Under the pieces are notes generated by a model. That model ran no database searches. It had not been told where the DNA came from and saw nothing but the letters and a program-made list of their open reading frames with translations. From the NCBI GenBank assembly GCA_964016885.1, contig OZ024742.1:189844001-189908000 (forward strand): 64,000 nt of DNA, read 5' to 3'. The stretch is from Eledone cirrhosa. Taxonomy: Eukaryota. Shown piece by piece: positions 56,416 to 64,000 of this stretch (position 1 is its first letter; every line of letters starts with the position of its first letter). A program made the position numbers and the translations under genes.

Positions 56416-59324
56416 ATCATCATCATCATCATCATCACCGTTTTACGTCCGTTCTTCCACGCTAGCATGGGTTAGACGGGTTGTCCTGTTGTGGGCAGTG
56501 TCTGGTCGGCTGACCATGCCTTGCTCATACAGGAACTGATCTGGCTTGATTTCTACAGCTGGATGCCCTTCCTAACACCAACCTCATTTACAGTGAGTGC
56601 TGGGTGCTTTTTCGTGGCGCCTACACGTCCACTTTACAGTGTGGGCTGGGTGCTTTTTTGCCGTGGCACCTCCACGACCACCTTGCGGTGGGGGGGGGGG
56701 GGGCATATTGTTTATATGCTTCAGCATGTACCCATGGGAGGTCGGGTACCCTGTATTACTGCGTGACGCCAGAAGTCACGGTCGTGTGTCATTGACTTTG
56801 AGAGGTGTAGTTGGGTAAGGTCGGCTTTTATCACCTCATCCCAAGTCATCTTGGGTCTCCCCACTCCGCGGTTTCCGTCAACTTCTAGTGCTCTGCACCT
56901 TTTTATGCAGCTGTCATCCTTCATACGCATCACATGTCCATACCAGCGTAACCGCCTCTCCTGCACGCAGCATTTGATTCCTCTTATGCTCAGTCTCTCT
57001 CTCAATTCATTTATGCTTTGTCGTTCACGTATATTACTGTTACACATCCATCGGAGCATGCAGGCTTCGTTTCTCTCTAATCTACGTAAGTCTTCCACCT
57101 TCAGCGCCCAGGTCTCACTACCATGCAACATCGCTGTTCGGATACACGCATCATACAGTCTGCCTTTCATTCTGAGGGAGAAGCCTTTTGCAGCTAGCAG
57201 TGGTAGTAGTTCCCTAAACTTCTTCCATCCCGTTCTTACCCTAGTTATTGTACTTTCTGAGCACCCACCTCCGTTGCTAATTCGGTCACCTAGGTAGCAG
57301 AAGCTGTCTACTGTTTCTACACGGCCCACCCAGAGATTGGTGGTACTTGTTTCCTGTGGCTGTTTGCTTGCTGTTTCAGCACAGCTGCTGCATGTGAATC
57401 CTACATTCTTAATTAAGCTTCCTGAGATCCCGCTACATCTCTTGTGTACCCATTGTTTGCATTTGGGGCAAAGAATGGAGTTCCTACCTACACCTTTCCT
57501 ACATACTGAGCAAGGCCATTTCCCTGAGGGGATCTGGGTTCTGTTTTCTCGTCTACTTATAAGGACCTTAGTCTTTGTCATGTTGACTTTGAGGCCCTTT
57601 CTCTCTAGTCCCTGCTTCCAGGTTTGGAATTTATTCTCTAGTTCTACCATAGATTCAGCTATGAGTGCGAGGTCATCAGCATACAGGAGTTCCCATGGGC
57701 ATCCGGTCTTAAACTCCTCCGTTATTGCCTGCAGGACTATGATGAACAGGAGAGGGCTAAGAACAGAGCCCTGGTGGACCCCAACCTGTACGCTAAATTC
57801 CTCGCTATACTCATTGCCAATCCTAACTTTGCTGACTGCTCCCCTATACATGGCTTGTACCGCTTTCACAAGCCATTCATCTACTCCTAGTTTTCTAAGA
57901 GCCCACCAGATTACTGCACGTGGAACTCTGTCAAAGGCTTTCTCAAGGTCGACAAATGCCAAGTAGAGTGGCTTACTTTTAGCTAGGTACTTTTCCTGTA
58001 ATTGCCTCACAAGGAAGAGCGCATCAGTGGTGCCTTTCCCTGGTACAAACCCAAATTGCATCTCGTCTATATTCACCCGGTCCCTAATCAGCTGTGCTAT
58101 AACTCTTTCTGTTACTTTCATGACCTGGTCCATCAACTTTATACCTCTATAGTTTCCTCTATCTAGTGCATCGCCTTTACCTTTGTAGCAGTTGACAATG
58201 ATGCTACTGCACCAATCTTTTGGTATGGCCCCCTCTAGTATTACCTGGTTAACGATACGTGTGGTTATAGTGTGACCTACAGACCCAGATGCCTTCAGCA
58301 TCTCGGCAGCTATACCCGATGGACCGGTTGCCTTCCCTATCTTCATATCTCTGATTGCCTTACTTACTACGCTGCCGCTGACTTGTACTGCTGGTCCCTC
58401 TATAGGGTCTACGTGGGGTAGGGTCTCTTCTTCCCATGCATTCTCCTCATTTAGTAATCTATCATAATGACTCTTCCATGCATCTTTCTTCTCAGCACTT
58501 GTGAGGGCAAGCTCACCTTTATCATTCCGGATACACTTCTCTCCAATGACATCACAACTATCTCTGACACACTGCCTCGCAATCTTGAATACCTCCTGTT
58601 TCTGGTCCTCACGTTGTAAAACATGCTTGAATTTTCTATCCTCTGCTTCCCTCCTAGCTAAGTATACTTGTCGCCTAGCTTCCCTCTTGGTCTCTATGTA
58701 ATGTACCCTGCTCCCCCCGTTCTTCCATTCTTTCCATGCCTGTCTCTTGGCCTTGACTGCTTCATCTACCTTATTGTTCCACCACCAAGTCACTCTCCTC
58801 CTGCTTGAGGTCTTACTCCAGCCACAAACCTCATCCGTCGCCTCTAGTAAGTTATTTTTTAGGAACTCCCAGTTCTCTTCTACGTTAAATGTCTCTATCT
58901 GTTCTTCTTTACTGTCATAGGCGTTGAGTAAAATATCTTTAAATCTGTTACTGGTTGAGGGGACTTTCAGCTTCCAGATCTTTCTTCTCCAGGTTGGCCT
59001 CTGTTTCAGGGCTCGTCTAGTTCTGACCGTGAGGTCGCTGACAACTAAGCTATGTTGGGATGTACATTCCTCACTAGGGAAGGCTTTTGTGTTTACGACC
59101 GTCCATCTGTCACGTCCTCTGATGAGGATAAAATCTAACTGACTAGAGTGCTCCCCTGATCTATAGGTGATCAGGTGGTTGTCGGGTTTTTTAAAGTTTG
59201 TGTTACATATCGACATGTCATTGGCGTCGCAGAATTCTAGAAGTCTGAATCCTTCCTCATTCCTTGTGCCAACTCCATGGCCTCCATGTACTCTATTGAA
59301 GCCGTCGCAGTGTTTACCTACGTG
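56416..59324 (-). mobile_element. RTE-clade LINE, 5'-truncated within the APE domain, young
   Basis: 831-aa ORF, 3' UTR and (ATG)n tail; flanked by TA-rich tracts. Confidence 0.95.
56721..59324 (-). CDS. RTE ORF: partial AP endonuclease (SQLDFIL, SQH), reverse transcriptase (GNYRGIKL, AFVDLEKAFD, QGSVLSP, YADD), PHD-like finger, RRLRWYGHV C-terminus
   Basis: ORF 56721..59216; frame stays open upstream to HVGKHCDGFNRVHGG at the TA junction. Confidence 0.93.
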   Translation of the reverse strand, partial: HVGKHCDGFNRVHGGHGVGTRNEEGFRLLEFCDANDMSICNTNFKKPDNHLITYRSGEHSSQLDFILIRGRDRWTVVNTKAFPSEECTSQHSLVVSDLTVRTRRALKQRPTWRRKIWKLKVPSTSNRFKDILLNAYDSKEEQIETFNVEENWEFLKNNLLEATDEVCGWSKTSSRRRVTWWWNNKVDEAVKAKRQAWKEWKNGGSRVHYIETKREARRQVYLARREAEDRKFKHVLQREDQKQEVFKIARQCVRDSCDVIGEKCIRNDKGELALTSAEKKDAWKSHYDRLLNEENAWEEETLPHVDPIEGPAVQVSGSVVSKAIRDMKIGKATGPSGIAAEMLKASGSVGHTITTRIVNQVILEGAIPKDWCSSIIVNCYKGKGDALDRGNYRGIKLMDQVMKVTERVIAQLIRDRVNIDEMQFGFVPGKGTTDALFLVRQLQEKYLAKSKPLYLAFVDLEKAFDRVPRAVIWWALRKLGVDEWLVKAVQAMYRGAVSKVRIGNEYSEEFSVQVGVHQGSVLSPLLFIIVLQAITEEFKTGCPWELLYADDLALIAESMVELENKFQTWKQGLERKGLKVNMTKTKVLISRRENRTQIPSGKWPCSVCRKGVGRNSILCPKCKQWVHKRCSGISGSLIKNVGFTCSSCAETASKQPQETSTTNLWVGRVETVDSFCYLGDRISNGGGCSESTITRVRTGWKKFRELLPLLAAKGFSLRMKGRLYDACIRTAMLHGSETWALKVEDLRRLERNEACMLRWMCNSNIRERQSINELRERLSIRGIKCCVQERRLRWYGHVMRMKDDSCIKRCRALEVDGNRGVGRPKMTWDEVIKADLTQLHLSKSMTHDRDFWRHAVIQGTRPPMGTC

Positions 59325-59442
59325 TATATATAAATATATATAGTATATATATATATAGTATATATATATATATATATAGTATATATATATATATAGTATG
59401 TATATATATAGTATATATATATATATATATATAGTATATATA

Positions 59443-60741
59443 CAGGGTGCGGACGATATCTGTTCACAAGATTACTGTCCAGAAAAAAATAACACAGTAG
59501 TTTTATTTTTTAAGATATATTTATCAAACTTGGGTCAGTTTGTCTTCATGACTTGTTCTTTCGATCTCACTTGATAAACCCGCCATTGGCTTTGATCACG
59601 GCCTCAAGGCGGCCTCAGAACTGGCTGCAGGCCTTCGTCACTGACCTCCGACTTAGGCCCCTAAAGGCACTTGTGATCTTGGCCTTCAGATCGTCTTTTG
59701 TATTGCAGCTGTTGGCGTCTCGTTCCACTGCGTCCCACACAAAGAAGTTGCGGGGGTTGCAGTCAGGCGAGCTGGGAGGCCAGATGTCAGGTGAAGTGTG
59801 GTCAACAAATTTCTCTGACAGCCAGGCTTGGGTCTTTCGGCTGGTATGGCAGGGCGCTGAGTCTTGCTGCCACACGTACGGCCTACCTGCAGCTACCTGG
59901 TCGATCGAGGGCTTTACTACCTCGCTCAGAATGCGGATGTGGCCATCGGTGTTCAGCTTGAGGCCCTCAGGGAAGAAATGAGGTGGCATGACGTCACCTT
60001 GACTGCTGACGACACACAAGACCAACGTTGTCGCTGAAAACTTTGTCTGCATGACTCTGGGCACGTCTTTTGATGATACAGCGAGCCGCCTGTTCTGGGA
60101 GTTGATCTTCTGGTCTTGGCAGAAGTTTTTCTCGTCGGAAAAAAACAACAGCATGTCTGGCTCCAGTGGGTGTTTCAACTTGTTGATCAGCTTCTTTGTG
60201 TGCTTGAGTCGCTTTTCTTGCATTGCCTTCGAGAGAAATTGTCATTTCCTCATCTTGTATGAAACGTAGAGAATGTCTTCATGTACCACCAGCCTAATGA
60301 GCTTTTCATCCACGCCTTTTCATCCCTTGCAATGGCACGCATCGACTTGCTAAGTTCATTGTTGATGATATCCTGAACTTCAGGGACGAACTCGGGCGTT
60401 CTGAAGGCGTCAGATCGTCGATCATGTGTTTTCCTTTCTGATGTTGCTTTGTAGTTGAATCCTAAATCTTCCAATTTCTTTCTGACCTTTTCCACCATTC
60501 TGCAGCTGATGCTGAGAAAGTCTGAAATTTCCTTATTTGTCCTCCCGGCGCGGATCCCAAGAAGAATTCCATGTCTCTTCCACAATTTTGGAGGTTCAAA
60601 ATTATTCATAATCAATTATTCTGAAAATAAATAATGGAAATATAGTCACTGTTTTTATGAAGACAAGAGTGACAACAGAAGTTTAAAAATTTGCATAAAA
60701 TTAGCAGTTGAAAATTGCGAACAAATATCGTCCACACCCTG
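59443..60741 (-). mobile_element. Full-length Tc1/mariner-superfamily DNA transposon, maT (DD37D) type, ~1.3 kb
   Basis: ~27-bp TIRs CAGGGTGCGGACGATATCTGTTCACAA / TTGCGAACAAATATCGTCCACACCCTG, TA on both sides, internal transposase. Confidence 0.93.
59560..60609 (-). pseudogene. Frameshifted DD37D transposase; third catalytic Asp reads Asn
   Basis: ORFs 60250..60615 (HTH-like) and 59615..60223 (FFSDEKNF, WQQDSAPCH, WPPSSPDCNPRN); 37 residues between 2nd D and the terminal position. Confidence 0.88.
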
Positions 60742-60753
60742 TATGTATGTGTG

Positions 60754-60784
<31 letters not shown>

Positions 60785-60785
60785 A

Positions 60786-61247
<462 letters not shown>

Positions 61248-61277
61248 ATATATATATATATATATGTGTATGTGAGT

Positions 61278-63990
61278 ATATATATATATATATATAGTAT
61301 TTACGTATCGAGAAAGAAAAGGGGGGGATAGGAGATACATATAGTTATTTGCCAAGTAGCGTATGCCAAAGGTGCTCGATACTAGTGCCGGCAGTATTAA
61401 ATATTCGAAGTGTTAATATTTAGTGGGCTAGAGAGTTAGCTGAGCGTAAGCACGTGGGAAAGTAAAAAATCGAAGAATAGACCGTTAAAACATGTTTATT
61501 TAAAATATCACTTACGCCCAGTTGGGCTTCTCAAGGGCATAAATAATCACAAGTGTTCCTTATATTGCTCGGAAAGAGTTTGGGGGGTTAAATCCACATC
61601 AAGGTTCATTGCTCGCAAAAATATCTTGTTTTGATTTTGCAGCAGGTCAAGGGAGGTAACTCTGGCCGGTGTTAGGGCAGTCTTTCCCGGACAATTTTTT
61701 TTTTTTTTGCCGCATCCGTTTGTCTGAGGCTGGGTCTGGTATGCAAGGATTGTTTCCTGGGTGTTATTTTGCAGCGCCTGCCCGCCGGGGTGTTAAGACT
61801 TGTTGCAGGGAGATCCAGTGTACTATTTCACTCTTCATCCTTAACCCATCTGAAGAAGGATATTTTTAAGCGATGTGTACAACCTATCGCTGTTTCAGCT
61901 CTGCTGTTGATGAGCTCGTGGGGTGCAGTTATGATGTGGTAGAGCTCCATGAGGCAAAGATCGCATTTCCTCTTGAAGTTGTACGGTGCAGCCCTGCCGA
62001 CAATCTCCCAGTGCGTGGAGAAGCTGATGTTTAAGTCCTTTAGTGATGTGATGTAGTCCGCGAGCGAGGTGGAGTGCCTTAGTTTTCTATTTGTGAAAGA
62101 GTGGAGATGTGTTCGAAACCTAATTTTGAACGGGCCGGAGGTGGCCCCTATATAATGTTTAACGCTATTGTGGCTAGTAATAGTGCATCTATATATAACC
62201 CTATCAGTCAAGCAGTATCCTCTAAGGGAGCAGCGTCCTCTGTCGCGGCAGTTGCAATTTCTGTCGCGGTTCCGTCTATTTCCCACGGTAAGGCTATCAT
62301 TGTTGCTGCCTACGTTGTTACCTACGCTACCGCAGCTGTCGTTATCACAATTACAACCCACAGCACGCGGGGTGGTGCGATTGTTATTCCGCACGTCATG
62401 TTCTGCATGTTCCCCAGTCATTTCGCGGTTATTCTGGTTGCGTCTGCGGATGCCGTTGCCAACACTATTGGATGCTGCCAGGGAGTTGTTAAGGCCGATA
62501 TAGTTATTGTCAGGTGTAGGTACGTCTGTGTCGAGGTGCTGTGTCTTGGTGATCTTACTGTGGTTCGTTGTTCCTATGATGTCTGCTAGGTTAGGAGTAG
62601 TAGAGAAGGATATTTTTATATTGTTCCTATTAAGAATTTTTCTATACCTATGGTTGGGCGGGAAGTTCTTCTCTAAGGCTTCGAAGAACATCCGGGGTAT
62701 GTTGGAGGCCACACTCCGAGAGTAGGGGTGGTGGAACCATAGGACGTTACGGTGGCGATTACGTGTCCTTGTACTTTTGCTACGGGTGGTTCCATCTAAG
62801 TGACCGCTCTTATGTGTGTTCATGCGCAGTCGCCCGTTCGGTGCCCCTTTCACTTTATGCTCGGGTGCACTCTTTCTACCTCTTCCATGTTTATGTACAC
62901 GAAGATGTTGGTTGGAAGGCGTTGGTAGTAGGCCGTCGCCTTTGTTGGTTTTGTAATAGGGGAATAGTTTGAGTAATCTACAGTGTTCACCGTCGCGGGG
63001 GACGTGATCTTAGGTGCGGTTATCTATTCTATTATATCCGACTTCAACGAGGTCGCCGCGTGATCGGTTATAGGTATGGCTTACTATAACGTTAGTTTTA
63101 TGAGGGGGGTGGTTTCTAGAGCTAGCGTTAAGGATGTAGGAAATTCCTCGGTTAAAGCCGGCGCTTATCAGGGCCCTATTGTAGTAATCAGCCGCTTGGT
63201 TGAAGATATCCTCATTGGCGGATAGCCTCGAGATTCTATGTGAGATACTATAGACTATGGAGTTGAGAGTCTGCTTAGGGTGGTTGGAGGCATAATTAGT
63301 ATAAGAGAGTCACTCTCCAGGCTTATGGTATGGCTTGTATAAGCCCGTACTCAACTCCAGGGTCAGGTCCAGGAAGTTGACAACCCTGTGGTTGAGGTCC
63401 ATAATTACGGATAGGCCGTATGACTTAAAGAACCTGTGTATATGTTTGTTAAGATTCTCTATCCTACGGGGGCTATGGTTCCTAACGGTAAACAGGGCGT
63501 CGTCCCTATATACACCTCCTTGTAGGGCCGGTATTTCTTCCCTAAGCTTATGTAGGAGGTATATCCCGACCAGGTCAGTTGCTTGCGCTGAGTCACTGGA
63601 CCCCATCGTGACATCGAAGTTATCAGGACGGTTAGTTCTGGTCCAGTGGGAGCCTTCGAACTGGATAATGGTTCTACGTGCCGCTAGAATTATGTCTATT
63701 TCTTTTTTAGTGAGGCTAGTGTTAGATCTAGCTAAGATAAGTGCCTTATTTAAGAGTATGGGGGAGATAGAGTCGTAGTAGCTATCTAGATCAAACTGGA
63801 TGAATTTCAGGGTGGCTTTATCCGGCAACTCGGTGAACCAATTTATGACCTGGTCGGTGTTGCCCCAGAGGCAGGCCTTAGCCTTTCTATTAAGCTCGAG
63901 TAGTACTCTGTCGAGGATCACTTTACTAATCTTACCTATATCTGATGTAGAGGGGCATATTAGTCTAATAGAGGGGCTTTCATTAAAGTC
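61278..63990 (-). mobile_element. Penelope-like retroelement (RT + C-terminal GIY-YIG), 5'-truncated at (TA)n
   Basis: RT motifs FIQFDLDSYYDSI, MGSSDSA, GVYRDD, VNFLDL, SNHP; GIY-YIG VIYRC...HYIGAT...RFRTH; non-coding 3' region to ~61278. Confidence 0.93.
61828..63990 (-). pseudogene. Penelope-like polyprotein: one reading frame broken only by TGA (63310-63312) and TAA (63010-63012)
   Basis: Manual translation joins ORFs 63310..63921 and 61828..62853 in frame (KPGE*LSYTNYASNHP...RISRLSANEDIF). Confidence 0.88.
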
Positions 63991-64000
63991 ATATATATAT

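Noticed and set aside
46204-57966. + strand ORFs of ~150-210 aa (46204, 56851, 57337)
   Set aside because: Antisense shadows of the RTE ORFs
63310-63312. In-frame TGA as selenocysteine recoding (described for some Naiad PLEs)
   Set aside because: Not at an evident conserved Cys, easily explained as CGA->TGA decay, a TAA also breaks the frame, and no SECIS was recognised; a SECIS search and other copies would settle it

Overview
Very AT-rich, microsatellite-dense animal genomic DNA; the SINE/RTE repertoire and huge (TA)n tracts suggest an octopus-like cephalopod (inference). The only convincing host coding sequence is one large stop-containing exon on + (6288-7264; unknown, largely disordered protein with a KSILKK motif), probably followed by 3'-UTR introns and a long, LINE-poor AT-rich 3' UTR (~17.6-34 kb). 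The rest is repeats: two tRNA-derived SINE families, RTE LINEs (one with an 831-aa intact ORF, sharing its 3' tail with the young SINE), CRE-like and CR1-like LINE relics, a full-length DD37D (maT) Tc1/mariner element, hAT-, piggyBac- and Tc1/mariner-type MITEs, a 48-bp minisatellite with higher-order structure, and a 5'-truncated Penelope-like element (RT + GIY-YIG). The most interesting signal is a recurring class of short non-coding segments inside (TA)n tracts that form fold-back inverted repeats (up to 165-bp arms with 1 mismatch) and repeatedly carry hammerhead-ribozyme-like cores (CUGANGA-stem-GAAA). They may be non-autonomous Penelope-derived retroelements. Old SINEs and MITEs also show a strong same-strand bias. 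All coordinates and alignments were read by eye.
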